From a virus: a stretch of 64,000 nucleotides of DNA. The stretch covers positions 64,001 to 128,000 of the IMG/VR virus record IMGVR_UViG_3300050821_001428. One strand, 5' to 3'. Position numbers and translations under genes: made by a program. The notes under the pieces are model-generated. The model had not been told where the DNA came from. It saw nothing but the letters and a program-made list of their open reading frames with translations, and searched no databases. Below are positions 41,216-51,902 of this stretch, piece by piece (position 1 is the stretch's first letter; each line of letters begins with the position of its first letter).

Positions 41216-44200
41216 TTATGAGAGGGCAGTCCAATATGGGACCGATGTGGCCACAAATGCGGCTAGGTTTGCTGGCATCGAGGTGGTCCGGCCTGTGTCG
41301 GCTGAGGCGAAGCGCGAGTTTGCGAGCGACAGTCCTGCGTTTGGGGTGCCTACGGAAGTCGTTCCGACCTTGAATGTCGGGAGTGTGGTTCCGTTGGCGA
41401 AGAATGCGACGATATATAGGCCGGACGTGAGGTTCGTCTGTTGCGTGGTGAGCGCCATTGTTTGCAAGCCGCCGGAAGACCAGTTTGTCGATTGGTCAGC
41501 GGTCGCGGACAGCAAGGTGCCGGAGGGGCTGTAGAGCGCCGCGAAACACTGCCCTGCTGTAAGTCCCGATCCTGCGCCGTTGATGGCCAAGAGGATGTTA
41601 CTCACAGTTGTCGCAGCGGGAACCTTCACCTTCATGCAGTACACGGTTCCCGCTGCGGGCGGAACCTGTGATGCGTTGTAGGAAGCGGGATCTCCTGTCC
41701 ACGTAATCAGTCCTTGGTCAGATGCACACCACAACGCGCTTGTGCTTACCACCGATGGCGGTAGCTCGGCTGTCTTCAATAAGCCCCCAGCATCTAGTCC
41801 AGCGTACCCGTTAGCTACATCTTTCTGGGAAGTCTGTTGGATACTTGACGGCGCATAAGTGAACTGGGAGAATGTTACGGCGTCTGTACCAACAGTATTA
41901 ACTGTGGAAGTGACAACCCAACTTGTAGAGGCGTTTGCAGTACCGTTAATTACAGGGATCGCGCCCGTGTTATTGATATCTGATGGTTGATCGAAATCAA
42001 GAACCCTGGTTAAGATATAAGGCAGAATCCCAGTACCAAGCTGCGTGATGTTATAGATGCCATTCTGGAATGCAGAAGCCTGGTTCTTTACAAGCAATCG
42101 CTGATTCAGAGTAGGTGTATACCCATCTATTGTAAGTACAGCATTAGCCCCAGCCGTCAGTGTAGCTCCTATACCTGCTGCACCATTTGAGTAAGTTGGC
42201 GTATTAGGCAACACTCCTGTCGTGGCAGCTTGGACCGCGACGGCGGGGTTCACTCCAGCAATAGCGTTATTAACAGCAGTAGTTACAAAAGCATCGGTGG
42301 CTATCTTAGTAGAGTTATCGCCAGCGGTTTGCGTAGGAGCAGTGGGCGAGCCTGTTAATGCTGGTGAAGCTGAAGGAGCAGCACCTGTAATTTGGGCTAC
42401 TGTATAGTCGCCAGTAGTAGCTACTACTGTACCCGAACGGCCAAAGACCGATGATACTGTACCAGCAGCCTGTTGCCATTCGGTACCATCATAAATTAAT
42501 GAGACAACGGTAGTTGTATTAGCTACGACTGGAACCGCAGAAGTGATATTATAGCTAGTGCCCCATGTGACTGCATATGGAGTAGACCCCTGCTGAATAA
42601 TAAAGGTCATTCGCATTCCCTGATATAACCAAGTACCAGAAGTAAATACGCCACCGCTGTAGGCATTGGCAATAGTAGTTGCGCCAGTTAAATAAAGCTC
42701 ACTTGTGGCACCATAATACGGATTTGGATTATAAGTCCCAGAAACTCCACCATTAGCTTGGTTGCTCCAAGGACTGTACCCATAACCTTGTTGGTTGAAA
42801 CTAAGATCAAGACCTGCTGGTGCCGCAGACGTAGCAGTAAGAGGAGGCATAAGCGTCGTGCCATTATTGAGCGTCCCAAAGTATTGTAGGTCAATCTTAC
42901 CATTTGCATTTACACTATTTAGGTGTAATGCAGCAGCCTGCTTATTAAGATTCGCGCCGCGGTCCCAGGAGACGCTGCCGGTGATCGAGAACGCGGGGTT
43001 GTTGCCGGTGCCGTCGACGTCGAAGCCGGCGTAGGACCCGACTGGTGTTCCGCCTGTGGTGCCGTTGGCGGTGCCGTTGTTGTTGTTGGAGTCGGCGACG
43101 CAGCTGGCGAGGCTGATGCCGCCGGTGCTGCGGATGTAGAACCCGGAGCGGCCGCAGTCCTGCGCGATGCAGCTCGCGAGGGTTGAGAGTGATGCCCAGT
43201 TGCCGGCGGGGTCGGTGGTCCGGAATCCGTTCCCGAAGCCGTTGGCGTAGCTGTAGGTGATGCCGCTTCCGCCGTCCCATGGGTTTGGTGGGGAGCTGAC
43301 GGTCTTCGCTACCGCGTTCTGGCCGGCGCTGTTGCCGCTGGTCAGCGCGGTGCCGCAGAACCAGGCTTTGCAGTTCGCGACGGTAACGGAGTCGCCGATG
43401 ATGAACCCGTCGAGGCCGTTGGGTCCGACGTCGCACCCGCTGAGGTGGTCGTCTTGGCTGGTGATGATCCCGAACCCTTGGCAGCGGAACGCCTGACAGT
43501 CGGTGATCGCGCACACGCCGTTGCCCCAGGAGACGATCCCGTCACCGGTGAAGTTCTGCACCACCACATTATTGATTTCATGTCGTGCGTCAAGGTACTC
43601 GTAACCGCTTGAAGGACTAGGGTTTTGAAATACAATTCCACAATTATAAAAGCTTGTACCAGTAACTCCAGAACCATCAATAAGCATATCTCTAACACCG
43701 CACATTGAGGCGCTTGTGCCGCTAACTCCTTCATTTTGTTCATTAGTGATGAAATTAGCATACTGTGTCCCACTGTTCATGTATAAACGCGTAGCACCAG
43801 CGCCAGCGCCAGCCAGAGTCACACGTTCTGGAAGTACGATTCCTGCATTGCAGTACCAATCACCATAAGGAATAAATACAGTTCCAGACTGTCCTGTAAT
43901 CGTGCTAGGGGTAACGGCGGCGATAGCATTGGTGATAGCCGTAGTGACATTAGCACCTCTAACAGCGCCATAGTCCATAATATTAGCATATAGAGATGTA
44001 TGAGAAGTCAACAATCGCGCATACCACTTGCTCTCAGAAGGCAAGTACGTCATCTGAACATGATCTAGTGCATTATTTACCGTCGATAATGTTGGGTTAT
44101 TTTCCCATACAACATTAGATGGCCATGTCGCAGTCCCGGCGGCTCCAGATGAAGGCTGCGTAATATAGAGATCAATCTTGGCAGCCAGCCCAGTTGGCGC

Positions 44201-46543
44201 GTTATTAAATGTTAATGTTGTATTTCCATTTCCAAGCTGAAAAGATGTGATGTCCCCATCAAAGTAGATATTACCTAGATATAAATTTCCTCCAGATCCA
44301 CCCCCGGTTAATGTTCCTAACTCGGTATAGAGGGAAGTTAAGCCTGCCTGAGCCATCTGCGAGTGCCCTACCGTTGGCAATGAAATAAATCCAGAAAAGG
44401 TTAAGTTATTTGAAATAAGAAGATTAACCGGATTCTGCCAGTCAAGGTGAAAGATTAGGCGTCCATTAGCATAAATCCCTGAGGTTCCTGACCCCATAGA
44501 AATTGGAATAGCTGCCTTAGTGATAGGTGAAGCTGTTCCTGTTTCAAAAGTGATATCTAATGTACTGTCATCAATAATCGAACCACCGCTACCGGTAACG
44601 TCCATCCCAATAGCATAACTGGTATTAGTACCACTCGACGCTATATTGAAATTACCTCGTCCCTTAATCTCGCAACCATAAAGACTTGCGCTATTCTGGA
44701 GAGAGATACCATTTTGATTTGCACCAGCTACAATAATAAAATCATAGTTGCTGTAATCCCAACTAGATGTATCAAAGGTAACAGCATTACCATTGCTTAT
44801 GAGGCTAATGCTGGTCCATTCACCCTGTTCACTGTACCCGCTAACATTCTTCAATAAGGCTCCTGTGCCAGCAAAACCATATATTGATATGTCATTATTA
44901 CGGGCGGCCGTCATATCGCCAAAATAGAAACCTACTGGCGTACCGCTGGCACTATAACCTAGAATACTATATCCACCAAATCGCCCTGCGTGTCCGCTAG
45001 GGTTCCATGTTCCAGGTAGAGCCTTAATCGCTATTCCACTACCAACATAGTTAATAGTTGTATGAGGTGATCCTTGCCCGATAATACCCTGATTATATCC
45101 AAATGATAGAATATCCCCAGTAGTACCCCATTTATATATTCCCTCTCCCAGAACAATCAGGTATCCGTTACTTCCTTGGGCAGTCTGTAGTGAACGGATA
45201 AGTGTTGTTTGATCTGTAGTTCCTGTAGGATCGCCACCATGAGCATCGAGATAAATCAGGTTTAGACTAGGACCAACTGGCCCAGTAGCACCGGTTGGTC
45301 CCGTAACTCCAGCGGCTCCCGCCGTACCCGTTGGGCCTGTTGATCCTGTTATACCCACTAAACCGGCCAGCGAGAATTGCCAGGTAGAAATTGTACCGGC
45401 ACCGTTCACATTTGTACTAGTTACCGTTATAACACTGCCAGCTATACTTGTGATGACACCTTCAATCCAGTTGGTTGTGCTAGCCGTGTTGATAACGCGA
45501 ACACGGTCGCCAACAATATAAGCCCCGACACCGGATACGGTGAATGCGGGGGTAGCAGCACCAATAGTAATAGTAGTAGTACTTGTAGTATTACCATATC
45601 CTAAGCCATTAGCTCCGGTAGCTCCCGTTGGTCCCGTTGGTCCTGTGACACCTGTCGGACCAGTTGGTCCTGTAAGACCTTGAATACCCTGAGGTCCGGT
45701 AGCTCCAGTAGCACCGGTTGGTCCCGTAACTCCAGCTTGTCCAGCAGCATACACGTATCCCGAGTTGTCTGACCAAACTATAATTCCTTGATTTGGCTGT
45801 AGCGTAAGATTACTATTTAATCCGTTTAGAGGTAATCCGTTAGGATTTACAGTCAATGACGAATTGTGGATATTAATGATGGTGACTAGCCAAGGTGGAG
45901 ATGGCGAGACAGATGGGAGAATAGCGTCTAGATTAGTGCCATTAAAAACAAATTCAGTACCATTATCGGAGTCGAGAATCGTATAGCTAACGGTCTTCGT
46001 AATCGCACTACCAAATCCTAAACCGCTATCTCCTGTCACACCTGTAGGCCCGGTTGAACCAGAAGGTCCGGCAACGCCCGTAGGTCCAGTGGAACCGCTC
46101 GGTCCAGTTAGACCTTGAATACCTGTAGGCCCGGTTGAACCGCTCGGGCCGGTAACACCGGTTGGACCTGTGGCACCCGAAGCGCCAGAAGCGCCAGAAG
46201 GTCCGGCGATACCTGTCGCACCGGTTGGACCTGTAACACCAGTAGCACCTGTGGGTCCACTGACACCTGTAGGGCCGCTAGCACCTGTAGGACCGGTTAC
46301 ACCTGATGGTCCGGTTGGGCCACCTGATGGTCCGGTTGGGCCTGATGGACCTGTTGGTCCTGTGGCACCGGGGGAGCCAATCTGATAAGGCAGGCTGCTA
46401 TAAACGGTAACACCGTCACCAATCTTCCATTTATGTGTATCCCATTCAACCCCCGGTTCGCCTTCAGCGAGCACAGGATTGACAGTCGCCCAATTAGCAG
46501 CGGTGTCATTACGTAATTGAATACGAATTAGCTCATCGGTCAT
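41216..46543 (-). CDS. Giant fibre: Mtd/hyaluronidase-N-like anchor, collagen GXY tracts, two beta-helix (pectate-lyase-like) domains, distinct C-terminal tip
   Basis: IQLR.DTAANW...NPVLAEGE.G...KIGDG; (GPT/GAT/GPS)n; [10 protein letters not shown] and NIMDYGA....AI..A...VFIP.G beta-helix caps. Confidence 0.85.
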   Translation of the reverse strand: MTDELIRIQLRNDTAANWATVNPVLAEGEPGVEWDTHKWKIGDGVTVYSSLPYQIGSPGATGPTGPSGPTGPSGGPTGPSGVTGPTGASGPTGVSGPTGATGVTGPTGATGIAGPSGASGASGATGPTGVTGPSGSTGPTGIQGLTGPSGSTGPTGVAGPSGSTGPTGVTGDSGLGFGSAITKTVSYTILDSDNGTEFVFNGTNLDAILPSVSPSPPWLVTIINIHNSSLTVNPNGLPLNGLNSNLTLQPNQGIIVWSDNSGYVYAAGQAGVTGPTGATGATGPQGIQGLTGPTGPTGVTGPTGPTGATGANGLGYGNTTSTTTITIGAATPAFTVSGVGAYIVGDRVRVINTASTTNWIEGVITSIAGSVITVTSTNVNGAGTISTWQFSLAGLVGITGSTGPTGTAGAAGVTGPTGATGPVGPSLNLIYLDAHGGDPTGTTDQTTLIRSLQTAQGSNGYLIVLGEGIYKWGTTGDILSFGYNQGIIGQGSPHTTINYVGSGIAIKALPGTWNPSGHAGRFGGYSILGYSASGTPVGFYFGDMTAARNNDISIYGFAGTGALLKNVSGYSEQGEWTSISLISNGNAVTFDTSSWDYSNYDFIIVAGANQNGISLQNSASLYGCEIKGRGNFNIASSGTNTSYAIGMDVTGSGGSIIDDSTLDITFETGTASPITKAAIPISMGSGTSGIYANGRLIFHLDWQNPVNLLISNNLTFSGFISLPTVGHSQMAQAGLTSLYTELGTLTGGGSGGNLYLGNIYFDGDITSFQLGNGNTTLTFNNAPTGLAAKIDLYITQPSSGAAGTATWPSNVVWENNPTLSTVNNALDHVQMTYLPSESKWYARLLTSHTSLYANIMDYGAVRGANVTTAITNAIAAVTPSTITGQSGTVFIPYGDWYCNAGIVLPERVTLAGAGAGATRLYMNSGTQYANFITNEQNEGVSGTSASMCGVRDMLIDGSGVTGTSFYNCGIVFQNPSPSSGYEYLDARHEINNVVVQNFTGDGIVSWGNGVCAITDCQAFRCQGFGIITSQDDHLSGCDVGPNGLDGFIIGDSVTVANCKAWFCGTALTSGNSAGQNAVAKTVSSPPNPWDGGSGITYSYANGFGNGFRTTDPAGNWASLSTLASCIAQDCGRSGFYIRSTGGISLASCVADSNNNNGTANGTTGGTPVGSYAGFDVDGTGNNPAFSITGSVSWDRGANLNKQAAALHLNSVNANGKIDLQYFGTLNNGTTLMPPLTATSAAPAGLDLSFNQQGYGYSPWSNQANGGVSGTYNPNPYYGATSELYLTGATTIANAYSGGVFTSGTWLYQGMRMTFIIQQGSTPYAVTWGTSYNITSAVPVVANTTTVVSLIYDGTEWQQAAGTVSSVFGRSGTVVATTGDYTVAQITGAAPSASPALTGSPTAPTQTAGDNSTKIATDAFVTTAVNNAIAGVNPAVAVQAATTGVLPNTPTYSNGAAGIGATLTAGANAVLTIDGYTPTLNQRLLVKNQASAFQNGIYNITQLGTGILPYILTRVLDFDQPSDINNTGAIPVINGTANASTSWVVTSTVNTVGTDAVTFSQFTYAPSSIQQTSQKDVANGYAGLDAGGLLKTAELPPSVVSTSALWCASDQGLITWTGDPASYNASQVPPAAGTVYCMKVKVPAATTVSNILLAINGAGSGLTAGQCFAALYSPSGTLLSATADQSTNWSSGGLQTMALTTQQTNLTSGLYIVAFFANGTTLPTFKVGTTSVGTPNAGLSLANSRFASADTGRTTSMPANLAAFVATSVPYWTALS
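46025..46378 (-). repeat. Collagen-like G-X-(T/S) repeat tract (further tracts near 45610-45740 and 45270-45360)
   Basis: Long GPTGPSGATG... run with 9-bp periodicity in the DNA. Confidence 0.9.
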
Positions 46544-46998
46544 GCGCCGCCGCCGTTAAGGTCGGTATTAAAAATTGAGAATGCATTACCACCATTTATT
46601 ACATTAGTGGGCGGGGGATTTCCTATATATAATTCGGTATTAGCATTGATAATTGAGCCAAATAACAATGGTACAGAGGTTGCCTCAGGCGGGGTCACTA
46701 GGAATTGATAATTAGCTGGGCCTAGAAGCGCTGTTGTATCGTTAGCAATTAGTATTAAATCGATAATACCATTAGTAGGATCGACACCATCGCCACCAAA
46801 GAAGATACCACTGTGACCTGTGGTGCCTAAATGATATGTAATTACCGCGCCATTAGTGTCGGTGACAATCCATTGTGCCGTATAGTTAGTGAGGTCTACG
46901 GGATTGGTCGAACCGGATGGACCTTGAATATATTGAAAGCGGAAATCAAATAGTACACCGGGTATGTATTTTAATAGGTGGTTGGCGGGCAGGATCAT
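46540..46998 (-). CDS. Virion structural protein (BppU-N-like adaptor, putative)
   Basis: PVDLT.YTA....G.I.L.....DT..L....Y pattern; coupled to the fibre gene. Confidence 0.5.
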   Translation of the reverse strand: MILPANHLLKYIPGVLFDFRFQYIQGPSGSTNPVDLTNYTAQWIVTDTNGAVITYHLGTTGHSGIFFGGDGVDPTNGIIDLILIANDTTALLGPANYQFLVTPPEATSVPLLFGSIINANTELYIGNPPPTNVINGGNAFSIFNTDLNGGGA

Positions 46999-47019
46999 TA
47001 CTACCTATTAAAACCAAAG

Positions 47020-47044
47020 AAAGCGGCTATTTAGTAGCCGCTTT
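47020..47044 (-). terminator. Intrinsic terminator
   Basis: AAAGCGGCTA-5nt-TAGCCGCTTT, followed on the minus strand by CTTT. Confidence 0.65.
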
Positions 47045-47128
47045 GATTGGTTCTATTTTTTCTACAGTTCCGTCCTTACGAATGACCTGTATCTTGAGTG
47101 TGGCCGTTACTGGCCGTTTGATTTCCAT
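47027..47128 (-). CDS. 33-aa microprotein
   Basis: MEIKRPVTATLKIQVIRKDGTVEKIEPIKAATK; the ATG abuts the stop of the upstream gene. Confidence 0.5.
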   Translation of the reverse strand: MEIKRPVTATLKIQVIRKDGTVEKIEPIKAATK

Positions 47129-47611
47129 TTATACGCGGTGTACATGCCCCTCGGCTACTGGCGACTGATGATTCTTGAATCGGTCAGCCCACTCCTGAGT
47201 CGTGTTAACTGCCTCAGCAACAGCATCTTTAGCATCGACAACGGCCTGATCAGCAACTTCCGCAGCAACTTCTGTTACATCCTTGACAGCTTCGCCAGTT
47301 AACACGGTGGCGTCGGCCTGTGCTTCTGTTACAATAGCTCCCGGGTTACCTTCTGTAATATCAGCAGGGGCACCTACGGCAATAGTCTCTGCATCCTTGA
47401 CAGCTTCATCGGCAACCTTAGTTGCATCAGTTTCGACCGTCTTAACGTCAGCCTCAACCTGTGGCTTAACGTCCTTAGCAACCTTTGCTACTACAGCCTT
47501 TGCATCAGTTTCGACCGCTGCACCAACCTTTTCTACTTCAGTTTCTACTTTCTTGACTTCAGTTTCGATAGCCGCTTCAACAGCCTGTATATCTTTCTTT
47601 ACATTTGCCAT
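47129..47611 (-). CDS. Amphipathic repeat protein (A/V/E/K/D/T-rich)
   Basis: Recurring VETDA/EAVKD units; AAGGA RBS. Confidence 0.6.
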   Translation of the reverse strand: MANVKKDIQAVEAAIETEVKKVETEVEKVGAAVETDAKAVVAKVAKDVKPQVEADVKTVETDATKVADEAVKDAETIAVGAPADITEGNPGAIVTEAQADATVLTGEAVKDVTEVAAEVADQAVVDAKDAVAEAVNTTQEWADRFKNHQSPVAEGHVHRV

Positions 47612-47672
47612 ATTGATTCCTTAAATTAGTGAATATTTCACTTATTACCTTGATGAATATAATCCTTATTAA

Positions 47673-48650
47673 CTACGTACGTTGCGTAGGTGCAACCGTT
47701 ACGGTCATATTTCCCAAACCAGCGGCTGGGCCTTCAAGACCCTTACGACGCGCAATATCATCCTGAATACGGTTGATCGCTAGAGGATCAAACGAGATAG
47801 AAGCTGGGTTACCTCCGGTCGGGATAAACTGAGAAGATGATTGATCTGACTGATTTCCTCTGTTTAGTCCTGCGCCAAGATTGCCAGCACGGTTGAATTG
47901 CTTATCGTCTACACGACCCTGCTGAACGCTCTGATCAATCGTCGCAACGGTAATACCCTGAGAGTTGTACTCAGCTTCAATCTTGATAACCGGATTCTCT
48001 GCTACATTACGTCCATTATCGCGGAGTATCTTATACTCATTGCTGAGGATCTGGGTCGGTGTATGAACACGGGTATTCATATTACGAGTTTGCTTCTCGA
48101 TAATAATCTGAGCTTCACCGGCGGGGATTACTTCGATAAATCCCATGTTTAGGTTAGTTATTAGAACCGTGTCAAGTGCATCTTCTTCTCTGATCGGGTG
48201 CATATCACCAGGAACGCCCCTCGGCTTTAGTTCAATACGGCGAGGGCGATGATTACTATTCCCTTGCTGACTATCTAGGCGCAAGTTAAATGGGTTATTC
48301 ATCATATTACGGATATAAGCTGGCCCGGTTGCATTAAGATGGGCGACACGCTCATTTAGCTTGTCTTGCGCCGACTGAATTGCAGCTTCCTGCTCTTCGA
48401 TCTGCTTCGATTGAACATTAGTAATCCAATCTTCAACAGGGATACGAATAGGATCAGGAATCGGAGCACCGACATTCTTCAGAGTCCAGTAGCTATCTAC
48501 TAGAGCTTGACGATGGGATGCATCTTCTGGTAATGAGATTTCGTAGCCTACAGGTTCGACCTGAGGTTCTATAGCCTTGGGCTTAGAGGTACGCGGGGTA
48601 GTAGTTTTACGCTGCGTTGTCTTTGTGGCAGCAGTAGTGGGAGTAGCCAT
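47673..48650 (-). CDS. Hypothetical protein (possibly virion-associated)
   Basis: 325-aa ORF with a T/K-rich N-terminus. Confidence 0.6.
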   Translation of the reverse strand: MATPTTAATKTTQRKTTTPRTSKPKAIEPQVEPVGYEISLPEDASHRQALVDSYWTLKNVGAPIPDPIRIPVEDWITNVQSKQIEEQEAAIQSAQDKLNERVAHLNATGPAYIRNMMNNPFNLRLDSQQGNSNHRPRRIELKPRGVPGDMHPIREEDALDTVLITNLNMGFIEVIPAGEAQIIIEKQTRNMNTRVHTPTQILSNEYKILRDNGRNVAENPVIKIEAEYNSQGITVATIDQSVQQGRVDDKQFNRAGNLGAGLNRGNQSDQSSSQFIPTGGNPASISFDPLAINRIQDDIARRKGLEGPAAGLGNMTVTVAPTQRT

Positions 48651-48806
48651 AATTTCTTTCTTGTCGATATATTACTGAACTTTTTACTATTTGTGGTTGT
48701 GAGCCACAGACTTTCCTAACTTTTATGTATAGGACTTATAGGATTTAGTAGGTCTGTATCGTAACTAATAGTAAATAGCGATTTGATTTGAAAAGGAAAG
48801 ATTGAT

Positions 48807-49598
48807 ATGGAAACTCATATTACACAGGCTGATCGGGCCGCAATGGTATCGTTTGGCGAATATCTTATTCAGCATAATGGCCTGATTCATTATGCTGAAG
48901 AAAGACCAATGCAGTTGTGGTCCGAAGCTGAAGTTAAGACTAGATTTTCTAAAGGCGAGTCTATTACTATGGACTGTTCTTGGGCAGTTACCGAAATCTG
49001 TTATGCCTGTGGGCTTTTAAGTCCTAGCGGCCCAGGTTTTGGATACGACGGGTATGGTAATACGCAAACTATGCTAAACTATCTGCCTCATATCACCGAT
49101 TGGAACGAAGTCCACGCCGGTACGATCATTATTTTCGGTGGTCCAATGAATCTGCAACATGCTGTTATGGTTCTTGAACCCAACGGTGACAATCCAGTAG
49201 TTTTCTCCCACGGTACAGAGGCTGGACCAGTTCGTACAACTCTTGCATACGAGGCCACAGGGCATCGCGGACAGCCTATTATCCCGTTAGCAATCGCGGG
49301 ACTAGGTACTACGCCCGTTGATACATATCATTATTTATGGTTTGATGATGCAAGAGTTCAATTAGCTAATGATACGAATAGTGAACGTGCAGTAGTTGAA
49401 AACTATGATATAGCTAGATTAAAACCCGTAAGTAATGTTCAGCAATTAAAAAAGATTAAAGAGAATCTAAATTATTTAATTGCTCGTATTGAGACTAATA
49501 TGAAGACCTCACATGATCCCCATGGCAAGCTATATCATCGCGCTTGGAGATTAGCGCAGCTAAAGGAACGCGCTGCGGGTCGTCAGGTGGTGTCATAA
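48807..49598 (+). CDS. NlpC/P60-like peptidase, candidate endolysin
   Basis: DCS..V...G.T......FG....HA.M....SHG (Cys-His-His); AAGGA RBS. Confidence 0.7.
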   Translation: METHITQADRAAMVSFGEYLIQHNGLIHYAEERPMQLWSEAEVKTRFSKGESITMDCSWAVTEICYACGLLSPSGPGFGYDGYGNTQTMLNYLPHITDWNEVHAGTIIIFGGPMNLQHAVMVLEPNGDNPVVFSHGTEAGPVRTTLAYEATGHRGQPIIPLAIAGLGTTPVDTYHYLWFDDARVQLANDTNSERAVVENYDIARLKPVSNVQQLKKIKENLNYLIARIETNMKTSHDPHGKLYHRAWRLAQLKERAAGRQVVS

Positions 49599-49604
49599 CA
49601 TCTT

Positions 49605-50447
49605 ATGACTGAACCAATGCTAAAGACCGGAAAACGCCCCGCCCAGTATCACCCCGAGCTAACAAGACTAGTTGATATTAAAACCTCAATTGGGCTAGCG
49701 ACACCTATTTATAAATCCAGCTTTGGTTATGGAAATGATTTTCATAACGGTCCTACTGGGTGGAAGATATTAGGCAACGGACCTCCCGATGATAATTCAA
49801 TCCCTCAAGCGGATGCCGCTGCTTTACAAGGCGCGGGAGATTGCGCATGGGCTGGATCCGCGCATGAAACTATGCTATTATGCAAGAATGCACGCCGCCC
49901 AGTGCCCAAGTTCACTGGCCTAAATATTCTACAGCAGTATTCCGCATATTCGGGTTATGATTTGGTCACGGGTGCTAATGATAATGGGTCTGATGTCGTA
50001 GAAGTTCTCAAATGGCGTCAGACTAAAGGTTTAGTAGACGCTAGCGGCGGTATCCACAAGATTGGAGTCTTTGTATCATTGGAAGTAGGTAATCTCACCG
50101 AATTATGGGAGGCGCTATACTACTTTGATACCGTAGGTTTGGGTATAAATTTCCCCGAGAGCGCTATGACCCAGCTAAATCAAGGTCAGATATGGTCTGT
50201 CGTATCTGGCGCACAGATTGAAGGAGGACATTATATACCACTAGTCGGTCGCCCAACAGCAAATACATGGACTTGTATAACATGGGGTCAGAGACAGATT
50301 ATGACTGAACAATTTGTTACTACATATATGGATGAAGCATATTGTTATATAACTTTAGAGCGTTACAATGCCGTAACCGGAGAGACACCTCAAGGCGTGA
50401 AGGATTACGATCTTGAGAAGTACCTGTATTCCCTACCAAAGCAGTGA
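49605..50447 (+). CDS. Papain-like cysteine peptidase
   Basis: GDCAWAG, D.G, GGH.I.LVG and ITWG motifs. Confidence 0.65.
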   Translation: MTEPMLKTGKRPAQYHPELTRLVDIKTSIGLATPIYKSSFGYGNDFHNGPTGWKILGNGPPDDNSIPQADAAALQGAGDCAWAGSAHETMLLCKNARRPVPKFTGLNILQQYSAYSGYDLVTGANDNGSDVVEVLKWRQTKGLVDASGGIHKIGVFVSLEVGNLTELWEALYYFDTVGLGINFPESAMTQLNQGQIWSVVSGAQIEGGHYIPLVGRPTANTWTCITWGQRQIMTEQFVTTYMDEAYCYITLERYNAVTGETPQGVKDYDLEKYLYSLPKQ

Positions 50448-50504
50448 TACCTTGTTACGAAGATTCATGGTATACTAGGATAGATTGAGCATCACAAGAG
50501 CATT

Positions 50505-50532
50505 GAAAGCCTCCAAGAAATTGGAGGCTTTC
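50505..50532 (+). terminator. Intrinsic terminator-like hairpin
   Basis: GAAAGCCTCCAA-gaaa-TTGGAGGCTTTC. Confidence 0.7.
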
Positions 50533-50548
50533 GTGTATACTGTGATGA

Positions 50549-51892
50549 GTGGAGCCATTATCATCCCAACCACCATCCTATATCACCAAGAAGATGCTAC
50601 CGGGAGCGCTACCGGTAAAGAACCAGGCCGCCAAAATGGGAGTTGATCCGAGATCCGCGCAAGTTGGCCTTGCATCGGGTCGTTCGTTGCTACCGCCGTG
50701 GCCCCCCGGGTCGCCGGTGCAGAAGAATAACGTGACCTGGCAATGGGGGGACGAACTATCTGAGATATCTCAGATAGTTACTAATATCAATCAAACCCTT
50801 GAAGAAACCGATAACATGAGTATCAGTGTTGCACAACTAAAGACATATATCAAGACGGATCTAAACGTCTTGATAGTTGGTCCCGCCGGGACAGGTAAGA
50901 CCGCTATGCTTCAGGAAGCATGTGAGGGCCTTGGATTACGAATGAAATACTATCACGCAGCTACTTTGGACCCATTCGCAGACCTTATAGGAATCCCGGT
51001 GCCCGATCAGGAAACAAAGACCGTTGAGTATTATCGCCCACATGACGTGGATAACGCAGAGGTTATTTTCTGCGATGAGCTAAACCGCGCGTCTACGCAG
51101 ACGACCAACGCTATCTTCGAAATGATTCAGTTCCGTTCAATTAACGGTGAGCCTCTACCTAAGCTGCGATGCGTAGTAGCTGCTATGAATCCAGTCGAGG
51201 ATGCATACGATACCGACGAATTAGATATCGCTCTTCTAGACCGGTTCGATGTATATCTAAACGCCCCGGCGCAGGTTCATGCGGAATATTTTATCAAGAA
51301 GTATGGTCGGGATTACGCTAGGGTCGGTATTGAGATTTTCAATGAATATCAGGCTGATTATAATGCCCCGCAGCGTAGTAAGGATAACAAGCCAATAGGC
51401 TACTTTTCCCCACGTCGCTTGGATAAGTTAATGGATATTTTCCAGAAGTTTCCGACACCCCAGACGGTTAGTGTGGTGCTACCTCATAATGTCATCTTAA
51501 ACAATAAGATGATAGCGAATAAATTCAATATTGCTCTTGGTAATCAACCCGCTCCTTCTCCTGAGAAATCCAAGGAAGAAACCCACACAGAATTCTTGGA
51601 TCAATATTACCAGAGCGATATTAGCTATAGACGTAATATCAAGCAAGCACCCAAATTGGTAGAGGCTTATAAGTGGGTAGTAGCTAAGAGAGATCAATCC
51701 ATGGCTGCGAGTATCCGTGATCACCTTGCCGTCGATCTAAATCAGCAGGTTGGTGTTGATAAGATTGTTGGTAACTTTAAACTAATTATTCAGGATTTTG
51801 ACGATAAACAACTGGAGATACTTATGAACAAGTGGAATTATACCAAGATGCGTAAGTTTAGTCAATCCTCTATGAATTGGTCGGGTTGGTAA
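50549..51892 (+). CDS. MoxR-like AAA+ ATPase
   Basis: GPAGTGKT, IFCDELNRA, AAMNP, ALLDRF and SPR motifs. The start may be later, at MSISVAQL. Confidence 0.88.
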   Translation: MEPLSSQPPSYITKKMLPGALPVKNQAAKMGVDPRSAQVGLASGRSLLPPWPPGSPVQKNNVTWQWGDELSEISQIVTNINQTLEETDNMSISVAQLKTYIKTDLNVLIVGPAGTGKTAMLQEACEGLGLRMKYYHAATLDPFADLIGIPVPDQETKTVEYYRPHDVDNAEVIFCDELNRASTQTTNAIFEMIQFRSINGEPLPKLRCVVAAMNPVEDAYDTDELDIALLDRFDVYLNAPAQVHAEYFIKKYGRDYARVGIEIFNEYQADYNAPQRSKDNKPIGYFSPRRLDKLMDIFQKFPTPQTVSVVLPHNVILNNKMIANKFNIALGNQPAPSPEKSKEETHTEFLDQYYQSDISYRRNIKQAPKLVEAYKWVVAKRDQSMAASIRDHLAVDLNQQVGVDKIVGNFKLIIQDFDDKQLEILMNKWNYTKMRKFSQSSMNWSGW

Positions 51893-51902
51893 AGTAAAAA
51901 TC

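Noticed and set aside
42945-43773. Alternative-frame ORFs of 189 aa and 143 aa inside the fibre gene
   Set aside because: Arg/His-rich shadow frames caused by stop-codon scarcity in the high-GC patch.
45270-46378. Periodic DNA repeats resembling an array
   Set aside because: Fully explained by collagen G-X-Y coding; no unique spacers.
41216-46543. Diversity-generating retroelement target (Mtd-like N-terminus)
   Set aside because: No reverse transcriptase and no template/variable repeat pair were seen in the window; the N-terminal domain is a common fibre anchor.
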